64,000 bases of DNA from an uncultured bacterium (GTDB taxonomy: Bacteria; Bacillota_I; Bacilli_A; RFN20; CAG-826), in assembly GCA_949297445.1 (NCBI GenBank), contig CASFSS010000018.1:163884-227883 (forward strand), in the 5' to 3' direction. Shown piece after piece: positions 1-10,099 of the stretch. The stretch's first letter is position 1. The number at the start of each line of letters is the position of its first letter. The notes below the pieces were generated by a model. It was not told the origin of the DNA, made no database searches, and was given only the letters and a program-made list of their open reading frames with translations. The translations under genes and the position numbers were made by a program.

Positions 1-471
1 GTTTTCGTCTTTTATCGAACGGACGTCGGCAAGAGGTGCTGGTTGATTATCATCAATAGCGTTTTCGTAAGCGTTGACATCGTTATTATAAATTGAGATG
101 GCAAGTTCCAATACTTTTGTATCAAACATCGTAAAATATTCTCTACTCGGAATATATAAAGAGTTTGATTCAGCGGTCGCTAAAATAGAGGAAAGAGTTG
201 CCGAGGTTAAATAGGCGCCTTCTTCGTTTCGATAGACAATGCGATATAAATCATCGTTATCGTCAAAGACTTTTTCGACATATTGAAGCTCGGTAGAAAC
301 AAAACTCTGGATATCTTCGTATGAATGATATTCACTAACTCCAGGTTCATATGCGTACATCATTCTGGCCGTTTCAATGGTCGAACAAAAAGATGTTGTA
401 CAACCGGAAATAGTCAACGCCGCAAGAGCGAGCGCGGAAATTCCTAACGTTAGTTTAAGCGATCTTTTCAC
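1..471 (-). CDS. Putative lipoprotein (partial, runs off window start) at the position downstream of rnpA that YidC/SpoIIIJ occupies in Bacillus
   Basis: Minus-strand ORF from GTG at 471..469 reads VKRSLKLTLGISALALAALTISGC.... This is a signal peptide plus lipobox (ISGC). The first ~157 aa contain no TM helix, so YidC identity is not supported. Confidence 0.45.
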   Translation of the reverse strand, partial: MKRSLKLTLGISALALAALTISGCTTSFCSTIETARMMYAYEPGVSEYHSYEDIQSFVSTELQYVEKVFDDNDDLYRIVYRNEEGAYLTSATLSSILATAESNSLYIPSREYFTMFDTKVLELAISIYNNDVNAYENAIDDNQPAPLADVRSIKDEN

Positions 472-475
472 AATA

Positions 476-802
476 TTATTTATCCAATCTTGAAATTAAT
501 TCGGTGACGAGTTTTTGATTGAGAACAAATTCATCTGAATTATACCCTTTATAAATTATAAAGACATAATCGTTGGCGATATGCAAGTCCAATAAATTTC
601 CCAAAATGGCTTTTATTTGGCGACGGGCCTTGTTTCTTTTATTAGCCTTCCCTAATTTTGTTTGAACGGAGACGCCTACTCTAGCATAACCGACACTATT
701 AGGAAGAACAAACATGGCCAGATTAGTTGTTTTATATGCTCTACCTTTATGAATTGTGTTATCAAAATCTTCGTTTTTCTTAAGACGATTTTTAACCTTC
801 AT
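476..802 (-). CDS. rnpA: Ribonuclease P protein component
   Basis: 108 aa basic protein (KGRAYKTTNLAMFVLPNSVGYARVGVSV...KARRQIKA) immediately downstream of rpmH. This is the canonical rpmH-rnpA arrangement. Confidence 0.9.
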   Translation of the reverse strand: MKVKNRLKKNEDFDNTIHKGRAYKTTNLAMFVLPNSVGYARVGVSVQTKLGKANKRNKARRQIKAILGNLLDLHIANDYVFIIYKGYNSDEFVLNQKLVTELISRLDK

Positions 803-805
803 CCT

Positions 806-940
806 CTAGTGCGACAATCTTTCGCGTCCTTTAGAACGGCGATCAGATAATACTTTACGACCGTTCTTGGTTGACATGCGAGCTCTAAAACCATGAACTC
901 TTTGTTGATGTTTATGACTTGGTTGATACGTTCTTTTCAT
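806..940 (-). CDS. rpmH: 50S ribosomal protein L34
   Basis: Reverse-complement translation gives [44 protein letters not shown]. It is preceded by an AGGAG RBS and was not in the ORF track because it is short. Confidence 0.9.
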   Translation of the reverse strand: MKRTYQPSHKHQQRVHGFRARMSTKNGRKVLSDRRSKGRERLSH

Positions 941-1070
941 AAATTATTACTCCTAATTCTAAACGTGCGAATTGATTATATTATTAGAAACACATTTAGT
1001 CAAAGATTTATTTGGGCGCACATACGATATCGCGATTTTAAAAGGTAAAAATCAACAAAAAATATTTCGA

Positions 1071-1428
1071 TGGTGGAAAATCGGCAAAAAAGTAAGTTTT
1101 TTTGTCATTGTCTAAAATATTTATTCACCGTTATTTTCACGAATTCACCGCCTTGTGAAAAAACGATTGTGTTTTTGGTGAAAAATTTAAAAAGTTTCGA
1201 TAATATCGATATTTTTTATTAAAAATGATTGTTTTTATTTACAGTTATTCACCATTTTTGACCACCAATCCACAAAGAAATATTCACCTATGTTTTTTCC
1301 ACAAAATTTAAATTGTGGATAACTCATCTTTTACTAGTCTATTTCGAGTGTTTTTTACAATATTTATTGTGGAAAACTTTTGTGATTGTGAATTTGCTCT
1401 TTTTTTTAGTTTTATTTAGTTTATACTC
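1071..1428. promoter_or_regulatory. oriC: DnaA-box cluster plus AT-rich unwinding region upstream of dnaA
   Basis: At least nine TTATCCACA-like 9-mers in both orientations. One is a perfect TGTGGATAA at 1314-1322; others are TTATTCACC at 1121 and 1246, TTTTCCACA at 1295, TGTGGAAAA at 1368, and TTGTGAAAA/TTGGTGAAAA at 1153/1175. A T-rich tract at 1391-1428 abuts the dnaA RBS. Confidence 0.75.
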
Positions 1429-1449
1429 TTGGTTGAAAGAGGTCATATT

Positions 1450-2802
1450 ATGCAAAGAACGATTTCTGAGTTAGGTAGGCTCTGGCATGAAGTATTAGAG
1501 GATCTTGGCCAGCAAATTAACGACAAACACGTTTTTGACGCTTTTTTGAGCGATTCCTTTATACATTCTATTAATAATAATTTAGTAATTGTAGCCGTTA
1601 ATAGTGATTTGGCTGAAAAAATTGTTAAAACCAATTACATGGATTTAATCAACGCTAGTTTGAAATTACATTCTCAAGATAACATAAAAGCCGAAATAAT
1701 GAGCAAGGAAAACTTAAAACAGCAAGAAGTTGTCGAAGAGAAGCCGTTATTTTTCGCCAATTCTGTCATTAATCCTACTTTAACTTTCGATAATTTTATT
1801 GTCGGTGAATGTAATCGACAGGCCAAACAAGCCGCTTTATATATTGCCGCCAATCCGGGGAAAGCTTTTAATCCATTATTTATTTATTCTCAATCTGGAT
1901 TAGGCAAAACACACCTTTTACACGCGATAGCCAATCATATTAAAACTAATAGTCCGGGCATGCGCGTACTATACTGCTCGGCTGATGATTTCTTTACTGA
2001 ATATTTAAAGGTTGTTCGTGGCGAAAAAGAACAGGTAGCCATGAAAGACTATATCGCGAAACACGATGTTTTATTAATTGATGACATTCAGTTTTTCTCT
2101 GGCAAACGCGAAACGGAAAATTTCTTTTTCCAAATTTTTCAGCGGATGCATAATGCAAAAAAACAAATTGTTATCACAAGTGATAAACACCCGAGTGAGC
2201 TCAACGGATTTGAGCAACGACTAACATCGAGATTTTCCTCTGGACTAGTTATGAATATTGATCCCCCGGATACTCAAACCTGCGTTGCTATTCTTAAATC
2301 TAAAATAAACGCTGGCCCGCTGGATATAAACAACTTTAATGAAGCTGTCCTTAATTTCATTGCTGAAAAGTTCTCAAAAAGTGTTCGTAACCTAGACGAA
2401 GCGTTAAATAGAATTATATTTTATACAACCAGTTTTAAGCCGACTAAGTCAATAACAATGGATGTGGCAATGGAAGCCGTTCAAAATTTAATTGATGTGC
2501 GTGAAGCGAAAACTAAATTGAACGAAAATAGAATAATAACCACCGTTGCCGAGTATTACAACTTAACACCAAGTCAATTGACTGGCAAATCGCGCTTGAG
2601 TGAAGTTACAACTCCTAGACACATTGCTATGTATCTCATCCGTGAAGTATTGGATGTTCCATTTGCAAAAATCGGTTACATTTTTGGCGGTAAGGACCAT
2701 AGTACTGTCATGAATGGTGTAAAAAAAGTGGAAAACGAGTTGAAAAAAAGTGTACCGTTACAAACCGCTGTTAACGACATAAAAAACATTTTAAATCAAT
2801 AA
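1450..2802 (+). CDS. dnaA: Chromosomal replication initiator DnaA
   Basis: Carries the AAA+ Walker A GLGKTHLL and the C-terminal DnaA-box binding helix. ATG at 1450 follows the GAAAGAGG RBS, so the track TTG at 1429 is probably upstream of the true start. Confidence 0.95.
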   Translation: MQRTISELGRLWHEVLEDLGQQINDKHVFDAFLSDSFIHSINNNLVIVAVNSDLAEKIVKTNYMDLINASLKLHSQDNIKAEIMSKENLKQQEVVEEKPLFFANSVINPTLTFDNFIVGECNRQAKQAALYIAANPGKAFNPLFIYSQSGLGKTHLLHAIANHIKTNSPGMRVLYCSADDFFTEYLKVVRGEKEQVAMKDYIAKHDVLLIDDIQFFSGKRETENFFFQIFQRMHNAKKQIVITSDKHPSELNGFEQRLTSRFSSGLVMNIDPPDTQTCVAILKSKINAGPLDINNFNEAVLNFIAEKFSKSVRNLDEALNRIIFYTTSFKPTKSITMDVAMEAVQNLIDVREAKTKLNENRIITTVAEYYNLTPSQLTGKSRLSEVTTPRHIAMYLIREVLDVPFAKIGYIFGGKDHSTVMNGVKKVENELKKSVPLQTAVNDIKNILNQ

Positions 2803-2944
2803 TTGTTATTTTAATAACATCAGGACACAAAATCGTGTTACAATGTGCGTATTCAAAATCAAATATTGAATTATCCGCCAAACTCGCAATGCTTAATATT
2901 AAAAATAATATAAGTATAAGAAAAGAAAAGAGGAGATATTTATT

Positions 2945-4063
2945 ATGAGATTAGTCATCGAACGAGAAGCCTTAATAAAAGGTTTGGGTTCTATTAGCAA
3001 AGCAATTAGCTCAAAAGTTCCTATGCCAATTTTATCGAATGTAAAAATGACTCTAAACGAAAAAGGTCTAGAGCTATTAGGAAGTGATAACGATTTAGTT
3101 ATAAGAACAACTGTTCCTTATATGATTGGTGATAAAGAAATTATTCGTAATTCAAAGCCGGGATCGGCATTAGTCAGTTTTAAATATTTAAGTGATATTG
3201 TTCGTCATATGGAAGGCGAATATATCTCAATTGAAGTCATCGATGAAATTGTTTTGCGACTCGACGATGGAAAATCTAATTTCCGTCTCAATTCTATTAA
3301 GCCAGAAGAATATCCAGATATCGATTTAGAATTATTTGGAGCCATTTTTGACGTCAAAGCAAGTGATTTGTTCGCGTTGGTAGAAACCACCGCCTTTGCC
3401 GCTTCGACAAAAGACGGTAGGCCAGTATTGACGGCCATTAATTTTGATGCTCACAATAACGTTTTAACAACCACTGCGACCGATACGGCTAGATTGGCTA
3501 GAAAAAAAGTAGATATCGACGATAACATCGCCTTTTCTGTCAATATTGTTGCTAAAAAGTTTTTAGATATTGTCCATTCTTTTGAAAACGAAGAAATTGT
3601 CACTGTTGCTGTCTCTGATAAAAAGATAATCTTCTCGTTTGGATTTACCGTAATATCTGTTCGCTTGATTAATATTGATTATCCAAACACTAAAAATATC
3701 ATTCCTAAGTCATTTAATTATTATCTAGAAGTTAATTCGCGTGAGTTTTTGGCCGCCATGGAACGTGTTTCCGTTTTAAGTAGTGAACACGAAGGGGTAG
3801 TAAAACTTGTTATGACAGAAGATGAAGTAGAAATAATGTCGCGAACCGTAAGCGTTGGTTCGGCGAATGAAAAAATTAACACTTTCCAATTTTCTGGTGA
3901 ACGTTTGGAAGTCAGCTTTAAATCATCTTTTGTTTCCGATGCGATAAAGGCACTTAAATGTGAGGATGTCACCATCGCTTTTGTTGGCGAAATGAAGCCG
4001 TTTGTTGTTAAAAATGTTAAAGATGATTCAATTGATATGTTGGTGACTCCACTTAGATCATAA
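2945..4063 (+). CDS. dnaN: DNA polymerase III beta sliding clamp
   Basis: 372 aa protein directly after dnaA with a strong AAGAGGAG RBS. The N-terminus MRLVIEREAL... is beta-clamp like. Confidence 0.95.
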   Translation: MRLVIEREALIKGLGSISKAISSKVPMPILSNVKMTLNEKGLELLGSDNDLVIRTTVPYMIGDKEIIRNSKPGSALVSFKYLSDIVRHMEGEYISIEVIDEIVLRLDDGKSNFRLNSIKPEEYPDIDLELFGAIFDVKASDLFALVETTAFAASTKDGRPVLTAINFDAHNNVLTTTATDTARLARKKVDIDDNIAFSVNIVAKKFLDIVHSFENEEIVTVAVSDKKIIFSFGFTVISVRLINIDYPNTKNIIPKSFNYYLEVNSREFLAAMERVSVLSSEHEGVVKLVMTEDEVEIMSRTVSVGSANEKINTFQFSGERLEVSFKSSFVSDAIKALKCEDVTIAFVGEMKPFVVKNVKDDSIDMLVTPLRS

Positions 4064-4145
4064 AAAGAGCGTTTGGGACTTCAAAAAAATAATTTAGGCA
4101 AAAAAATCAAATATTCAAAAACTAAGCATTTAGCAGCTAAAAAAT

Positions 4146-4179
4146 AAGGGAATAAATATATATTCCCTTTTTATTTTTT
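4146..4179 (+). terminator. Rho-independent terminator after dnaN
   Basis: AAGGGAATA / TATTCCCTT 9-bp stem (4146-4169) followed by TTTTATTTTTT. A TGgTAAAAT extended -10 promoter for yaaA-recF follows. Confidence 0.55.
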
Positions 4180-4218
4180 GTGTGGTAAAATATCCCCGAG
4201 TGATGAAATGAGTTTTTG

Positions 4219-4440
4219 ATGAATAAGAAAATTGAAGAAATTGTTATCCGCGATGAGTACATCACCTTAGGCTCTCTTCTAAAATTTTGCCACGTTATTA
4301 GTTCAGGAGGAGAGGTAAAAATGTTTCTTGGCCAAGGCGCAGTAAAAGTTAATGGTGTAAACGAGACGCGCCGAGGAAGAAAATTATATCCTGATGATGT
4401 AATCGAGGTGGAAACAAGAACTTTAAAAATTGTTAAGTGA
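4219..4440 (+). CDS. yaaA: S4-domain RNA-binding protein YaaA
   Basis: Small protein between dnaN and recF as in Bacillus. It carries the S4-like motif GAVKVNGV.... Confidence 0.8.
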   Translation: MNKKIEEIVIRDEYITLGSLLKFCHVISSGGEVKMFLGQGAVKVNGVNETRRGRKLYPDDVIEVETRTLKIVK

Positions 4441-5510
4441 TTATTAAAAAACTCGCCCTAATTAATTTCCGTAATTTCAAAAAACTCGAGACTGAATTTG
4501 AAGAAAAAGTCAATATCATCACTGGAAATAATGGGGCTGGCAAAACCAATTTGGTTGAAGCGATATATTATCTAAGTTTAGCTAGAAGTTTCCGAGAAGT
4601 TAACAATATTGATTTAATCAATAAAGGAAATAAAAATGCTATTATACGCGCGAGCGTATCCCGCGATAATATATTGACGGATGTGGCGATTCTTATAACC
4701 CCCACCGCTCATAAGATATTGGTGAATGGTAAAGTAGTTCGCAAACTATCCTCTTTGTTAAAATTGGTGAATGTCGTTGTTTTTGAACCGAAAGATAGTT
4801 TTATTTTTCGGGGCTCACCATCTATTAGAAGAAACTTTCTAGACTTGACGCTCGTTAAAAAATACCCGGAGTATTTGGAAATTCTTTCTGGCTATGACAA
4901 ATTGCTAAAAGAAAGAAATCAATTGCTCAAAAATGAAGAGGTTGACCTGCTTGCTTTGGATGTAATTACCGACAAAATGAGTGAATATGCTTTAAAGATT
5001 ATCCTTTATCGCCACAAATTGTGCTCAGAAATCAACGAAATTATTTCTAAAGTAGTAAATCACATCAAAGGCGTCAACGATTCGCTAGAAGTCGTTTATC
5101 AGCCATTTATAGACACGATAGACCTAAGCAAAGATAAGATTGTCGAATGTTTTAGAAAAAATACGGCTAGCGATATAAAAAAGAAAGTTACATCAATCGG
5201 TGTTCAACGTGAAGATTTCCAAATGTTATTAAATGGGAAAGATGTTGCCACCACCGGTTCGCAAGGAGAGAATCGCCTCGCGGCCATCGCCTTAAAACTA
5301 GTGCCATATTTCCTTATAAAGGAAAAAGAAGATCGGCCAATCGTTATAATGGACGATGTGATGAGTGAGCTTGATGCTATTCATCAAAAACGACTATTTG
5401 AATTTTTACAAAAACTCGGGCAGGTGTTTGTTACCGAGACAAAAATAAATCAGCCAAACACCACAATCTATCATATAGAAAACAATCAATTATTACGGAG
5501 GAAAGCATAA
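4437..5510 (+). CDS. recF: DNA replication/repair protein RecF
   Basis: Walker A GNNGAGKTNLVEAI near the N-terminus and an ABC signature region. GTG start overlaps the yaaA stop. Confidence 0.9.
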   Translation: MIIKKLALINFRNFKKLETEFEEKVNIITGNNGAGKTNLVEAIYYLSLARSFREVNNIDLINKGNKNAIIRASVSRDNILTDVAILITPTAHKILVNGKVVRKLSSLLKLVNVVVFEPKDSFIFRGSPSIRRNFLDLTLVKKYPEYLEILSGYDKLLKERNQLLKNEEVDLLALDVITDKMSEYALKIILYRHKLCSEINEIISKVVNHIKGVNDSLEVVYQPFIDTIDLSKDKIVECFRKNTASDIKKKVTSIGVQREDFQMLLNGKDVATTGSQGENRLAAIALKLVPYFLIKEKEDRPIVIMDDVMSELDAIHQKRLFEFLQKLGQVFVTETKINQPNTTIYHIENNQLLRRKA

Positions 5511-7501
5511 TGGAAGAAGAAAAGGTAAATCATTCCGTCGAAGAAGAAGGCTTTGATAAAGCCGATCAAAATTATGACGCGAGTGATATTCAAGTCCTAG
5601 AAGGCCTAGAGGCGGTTCGAAAAAGACCAGGCATGTATATCGGTACCACCGGCCCCAACGGACTCCATCATTTAGTTTGGGAAATTATTGATAATTCAAT
5701 TGATGAAGCATTAGCCGGCTATTGCGACCAAATTATTGTGACAATTAACAAAGGAAACACCGTTACTGTTAAGGATAATGGCCGCGGAGTACCAGTTGAT
5801 ATCGTCGCGAAATCTGGATTATCTGGCGTGGAAACGGTATTTACGATTTTACACGCTGGAGGTAAATTCGGTGAAACAAGCGGATACAAAGTATCCGGTG
5901 GTTTGCACGGCGTCGGTGCTTCGGTCGTTAACGCCCTATCTGACTGGATGGAAGTCACCGTCCATAAAAACGGTGGTAAATACTACATTAAATTTGGCAA
6001 AGGTGGAAAGGTTACTGAACACTTAAAACGTATAGGTGATACGACTGAAAGTGGCACTACTGTTACATTTAAGCCTGATCCCACTATCTTTTTAGACACG
6101 GTTGAATTTAGTTACGATACAATTCGTGATCGAGTCCGTCAGATGGCCTATTTAAATCGCGGTGTTAAATTAACGGTCATTGATGATCGCGGTGAGACGC
6201 CAGTTCAAGAGACATTCCACTATGAAGGCGGAATTATTGAATATGTAAAAAATATTAATATGAATAAAGGCCCAATCATGGATGACATCATCTATTGTGA
6301 AGGCTTTGAAGAAGTTGAATATCTACCTGGTAAAAGCGGAAAAATCTACTGTGAGGCAGCTATTCAATACAATGAATCTTATACAAAAACAATTTTTTCC
6401 TTCTGCAATAATATTAATACACACGAGGGCGGCACGCATGAAGAAGGATTCCGCCTTGCTATTCAAAGAGTAATCAACGCATATGCCATCGAAAAGAAAT
6501 ATTTAAAAGATGGTGAAGAAAAATATACGGTCGATGATATCCAAGAAGGAATGACAGCGATTATTTCTGTCAAACACCCAAATCCTCAATATGAAGGACA
6601 AACAAAAACAAAACTTGGAAATACCGAAGTTAGAAAAATTGTTTCGCAAGTTGTCGGTGAATCTCTCAAAAGATTTTTATATGAAAATCCAAAAACCGCT
6701 ATTTTAATTTTAGACAAAATTTCTATGGCGTCTAAAGCGCGTATGGCTGCTAGAACGGCCCAAGAAAACGTTCGTCGTAAAAGCGGATTGGAATTGACAA
6801 CTTTGCCAGGAAAGCTGGCCGATTGCTCGTCGAAAAATCCTGAAGAATGCGAGTTATATATCGTTGAAGGTAATTCCGCTGGTGGCTCGGCAAAAAACGG
6901 AAGAGACCGTGATACCCAAGCAGTTTTGCCTCTTCGCGGTAAAATTATTAATGTTGAAAAAGCTCGTCACGAAAAAGTTTTTGATAACGCCGAAATCGGT
7001 AACATGATTGTCGCTATCGGCGGCGGTGTTGACCCGCAATTCGACGTGACAAAAATTCGTTATCATAAAATAGTGATTATGACCGATGCTGATGTTGATG
7101 GAAGTCACATCCGAGTCTTGCTTTTAACTTTCTTTTATCGCTATATGCGCGACTTAATTACGCAAGGTTATGTTTATATTGCTCAACCTCCTCTATACAA
7201 GGTTGATTATCACGGCAAAGCCTACTATGCATATAATGATGAGCAACTCGAAGTCATCAAAAAGCAATTAGATTTAAAACCAGGTTATCCATTCCAACGT
7301 TATAAAGGTTTAGGCGAAATGGATGATCATCAATTATGGGATACCACCCTCAATCCAAAAACTAGAAAAATGCTTCGTGTCACTCTCAGTGACGCGATTG
7401 AGGCCGAACAAGTTTTTACCGACTTAATGGGCGATGAAGTTCAACCACGAAAAGATTTCATTCACAAGAACGCTAAGTTTGTTAAAAACTTAGATATTTA
7501 A
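5510..7501 (+). CDS. gyrB: DNA gyrase subunit B
   Basis: GHKL ATPase and TOPRIM motifs (EGNSAGGSAK, IMTDADVDGSHI). Start overlaps the recF stop (TAATG). Confidence 0.97.
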   Translation: MEEEKVNHSVEEEGFDKADQNYDASDIQVLEGLEAVRKRPGMYIGTTGPNGLHHLVWEIIDNSIDEALAGYCDQIIVTINKGNTVTVKDNGRGVPVDIVAKSGLSGVETVFTILHAGGKFGETSGYKVSGGLHGVGASVVNALSDWMEVTVHKNGGKYYIKFGKGGKVTEHLKRIGDTTESGTTVTFKPDPTIFLDTVEFSYDTIRDRVRQMAYLNRGVKLTVIDDRGETPVQETFHYEGGIIEYVKNINMNKGPIMDDIIYCEGFEEVEYLPGKSGKIYCEAAIQYNESYTKTIFSFCNNINTHEGGTHEEGFRLAIQRVINAYAIEKKYLKDGEEKYTVDDIQEGMTAIISVKHPNPQYEGQTKTKLGNTEVRKIVSQVVGESLKRFLYENPKTAILILDKISMASKARMAARTAQENVRRKSGLELTTLPGKLADCSSKNPEECELYIVEGNSAGGSAKNGRDRDTQAVLPLRGKIINVEKARHEKVFDNAEIGNMIVAIGGGVDPQFDVTKIRYHKIVIMTDADVDGSHIRVLLLTFFYRYMRDLITQGYVYIAQPPLYKVDYHGKAYYAYNDEQLEVIKKQLDLKPGYPFQRYKGLGEMDDHQLWDTTLNPKTRKMLRVTLSDAIEAEQVFTDLMGDEVQPRKDFIHKNAKFVKNLDI

Positions 7502-7519
7502 TACGGAGGACATTAACAA

Positions 7520-10096
7520 ATGGCTGATGAAGAAAAGAAAATCGATCAAGAAGAAATCGAAGATAAAAAAGAAAAAGAATTAGAAGAAATTGAAGCTGGT
7601 ATTGTCCCTGGTTTGCGCGATACCGACTTGGCTAAAGAAGTTAGATCGTCATTTTTGGATTATTCTATGTCCGTTATTGTTTCACGGGCTATTCCAGACG
7701 TACGCGACGGTTGTAAGCCGGTTCATAGACGAGTTATTTATGGTATGTATGAAACGGGCACAACCCCAGACAAGCCACACAAAAAATGCGCTCGTATTGT
7801 CGGTGACGTCATGGGTAAATATCACCCGCACGGTGACCAAGCAATCTATAGCACGTTGGCTCGTTTGGCACAGCCCTTTTCAATGCGCTATAAATTAGTT
7901 GATGGACACGGTAACTTCGGCTCGGTAGATGGTGATGAACCAGCCGCCATGCGATATACCGAAGCACGAATGTCCCGTTTAGCGCTTGAAATGGTGCGAG
8001 ATATTGATTGCGACACGGTTGATTTTGTCGATAACTACGACGGTACAGAAAGAGAACCGTCAGTTTTGCCGTCCCGTTTCCCAAACTTGTTGGTTAATGG
8101 TTCAAACGGTATTGCTGTCGGCATGGCTACATCCATTCCTCCACACAATTTATCGGAGACGATTGATGCTGTTGTAGCTGTGGCACATAATCCTGATATC
8201 ACCCCTTTAGAATTAATGCAAAATTATATCTATGGTCCTGATTTCCCAACCGGAGCAATTATCCTAGGTAGAGAAGGCATCAAACAAGCATTTGAAACCG
8301 GTATGGGTAACATATCAATTCGTTCTAAAGCCGAAGTGATTGAAAATGAAAAAACCGGCAAAAAGCAAATTATAATTACAGAAATACCTTATCAAGTTAA
8401 TAAAGCGAACATGATTGAGAACATCGCTCACTTGGTACACAATAAGATTGTCGAAGGCATTACAGATATTCGTGATGAATCCTCTAATAAAGGTATTCGT
8501 GTTGTTATTGATGTCCGTCGCGATTGTATCCCTGAAGTTATTTTGAATCAATTATATAAAAACACCCAATTGCAAACATCAATCGGCATTATTATGCTTT
8601 GTTTGGTTGACGGAGCACCAAAAATTTTACCAATTAATGAATTTTTGAAGTGCTACTTAGAATTCCAGATTGATGTTGTTCGTCGTCGGACAGTATTTTT
8701 ACTTAAAAAAGACGAAGCGCGCGATCACATTGTTATCGGCTTATTAGAAGCTATTAAGAACATTGACGAAATTGTCGAAATAATTAAAGGAAGTGCGACT
8801 CCCGAAGAAGCCGCCTCCAATTTATCGGCAAGATTTAATTTTAGCGAACAACAAACAGCAGCAATTTTGGCTATGACATTGCGACGTCTTACCGGTCTTG
8901 AAGAAGGCAGATTAATCGATGAACGCGCTCAACTTGAACAAAATATTGCTCGTTATAAACATATTTTGGCCAGTCGAGAAAATGTTGTCGAAGTTGTTGT
9001 CGAAGAGTTATTAGAAATTAAGCGCAAATTCGGCGACGCTCGTCGTACAGAAATTAGTGATAGTGCCGCTACCATCAATGATGAATCATTGATTCCACAA
9101 GATCAAGTCGTTGTCACTTTAACAACCAATAATTATATTAAACGCACGAAAGTTGATACTTTCCGCACACAAAATCGCGGTGGTCGTGGTGTCAAAGGAA
9201 TGACAACTTATTCTGAAGATGAAGTTGCTTTGATGGTTAACGCTTCGACGCATACGGACATTTTGTTCTTTACATCGCTAGGTAAAGTTTATCGTTTACG
9301 CGGTTATATGATTCCCGAAGGCAGTAGAATTGCTAAAGGTGTACCGGTTCAACAGGTAATCGATATTCAAAAAGGTGAAAAAGTTATGGCCATTGTCAGT
9401 ATGGATAACTACGATGATGATTCATACTTATTCTTCATTACTCGTAATGGCATCGTCAAAAAGACTAATGCGCGAGAATTCGCTTCCATTCGTCGTGATG
9501 GCAAAATCGCTATTTCGCTAAAGGAAAACGATCAACTACTCGACGTGAAACACACGGACGGCAATTGCTTAATTTGTTTGGCTAGTAGCCGAGGAAAATT
9601 GGTCAAGTTTAACGAAAGCGATGTTCGCCCAATGGGAAGAACAGCCGCCGGTGTCAAAGGTATGAATGTCGATGGTAGTTATGTTGTTAATGCGACGACA
9701 TCGCTAGAAGGAAATTACATTTTAGCTATCACCCAAAAAGGTTATGGCAAGATGAGTCCAATCGATGATTATCGTTTGACAAAACGTGGATCAAAAGGCG
9801 TCATTACCTTAAACACGACTGCAAAAAATGGTAAACTCGTCGCTTTAAGAGCCGTCAACGGTGATGAAGATTTGATGATTGTTACCGCCGGTGGAGTTTT
9901 AATTCGAATTCCTCTTGAACAAGTCAAAATAAGTGGCCGCAACACTCAAGGTGTTCGCGTCATTCGTCTCGATGAAAAGCAACGTGTCTCAAGCGTTTCT
10001 GTTGTCGAACACGAAGAGGAAGAAACTGCAACCAGCGAAAGCAATGTCGAAGAATCGGTCGAACAAAGCGAAGAAAACACCACAAAAGTCGAATAA
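7520..10096 (+). CDS. gyrA: DNA gyrase subunit A
   Basis: The active-site region AAMRYTEARM contains the catalytic Tyr. The QRDR-like HPHGD, C-terminal beta-pinwheel repeats and an acidic tail are present. Confidence 0.97.
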   Translation: MADEEKKIDQEEIEDKKEKELEEIEAGIVPGLRDTDLAKEVRSSFLDYSMSVIVSRAIPDVRDGCKPVHRRVIYGMYETGTTPDKPHKKCARIVGDVMGKYHPHGDQAIYSTLARLAQPFSMRYKLVDGHGNFGSVDGDEPAAMRYTEARMSRLALEMVRDIDCDTVDFVDNYDGTEREPSVLPSRFPNLLVNGSNGIAVGMATSIPPHNLSETIDAVVAVAHNPDITPLELMQNYIYGPDFPTGAIILGREGIKQAFETGMGNISIRSKAEVIENEKTGKKQIIITEIPYQVNKANMIENIAHLVHNKIVEGITDIRDESSNKGIRVVIDVRRDCIPEVILNQLYKNTQLQTSIGIIMLCLVDGAPKILPINEFLKCYLEFQIDVVRRRTVFLLKKDEARDHIVIGLLEAIKNIDEIVEIIKGSATPEEAASNLSARFNFSEQQTAAILAMTLRRLTGLEEGRLIDERAQLEQNIARYKHILASRENVVEVVVEELLEIKRKFGDARRTEISDSAATINDESLIPQDQVVVTLTTNNYIKRTKVDTFRTQNRGGRGVKGMTTYSEDEVALMVNASTHTDILFFTSLGKVYRLRGYMIPEGSRIAKGVPVQQVIDIQKGEKVMAIVSMDNYDDDSYLFFITRNGIVKKTNAREFASIRRDGKIAISLKENDQLLDVKHTDGNCLICLASSRGKLVKFNESDVRPMGRTAAGVKGMNVDGSYVVNATTSLEGNYILAITQKGYGKMSPIDDYRLTKRGSKGVITLNTTAKNGKLVALRAVNGDEDLMIVTAGGVLIRIPLEQVKISGRNTQGVRVIRLDEKQRVSSVSVVEHEEEETATSESNVEESVEQSEENTTKVE

Positions 10097-10099
10097 TTT

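Noticed and set aside
662-850. 62-aa plus-strand ORF overlapping rnpA and rpmH. Other short antisense ORFs in the track were rejected the same way: 1443-1634, 3205-3438, 5719-5958, 7590-8177, 10536-11019, 15547-15850, 24303-24875, 26297-26888, 31293-31554, 51752-52015, 52428-52740 and 59552-60565.
   Set aside because: Each lies entirely inside and antisense to, or out of frame with, a strongly supported conserved gene. They have no RBS and low-complexity composition typical of AT-rich noise.
1429-1449. TTG at 1429 as the dnaA start (ORF-track start)
   Set aside because: The canonical GAAAGAGG RBS lies inside this extension, 5 nt before the ATG at 1450. The DnaA N-terminus aligns from MQRTISELG.
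2803-2944. A second full DnaA-box cluster / DUE in the dnaA-dnaN spacer, as in Bacillus subtilis
   Set aside because: Only one degenerate box (TTATCCGCC) is visible. The region is AT-rich but not convincingly an unwinding element from sequence alone.
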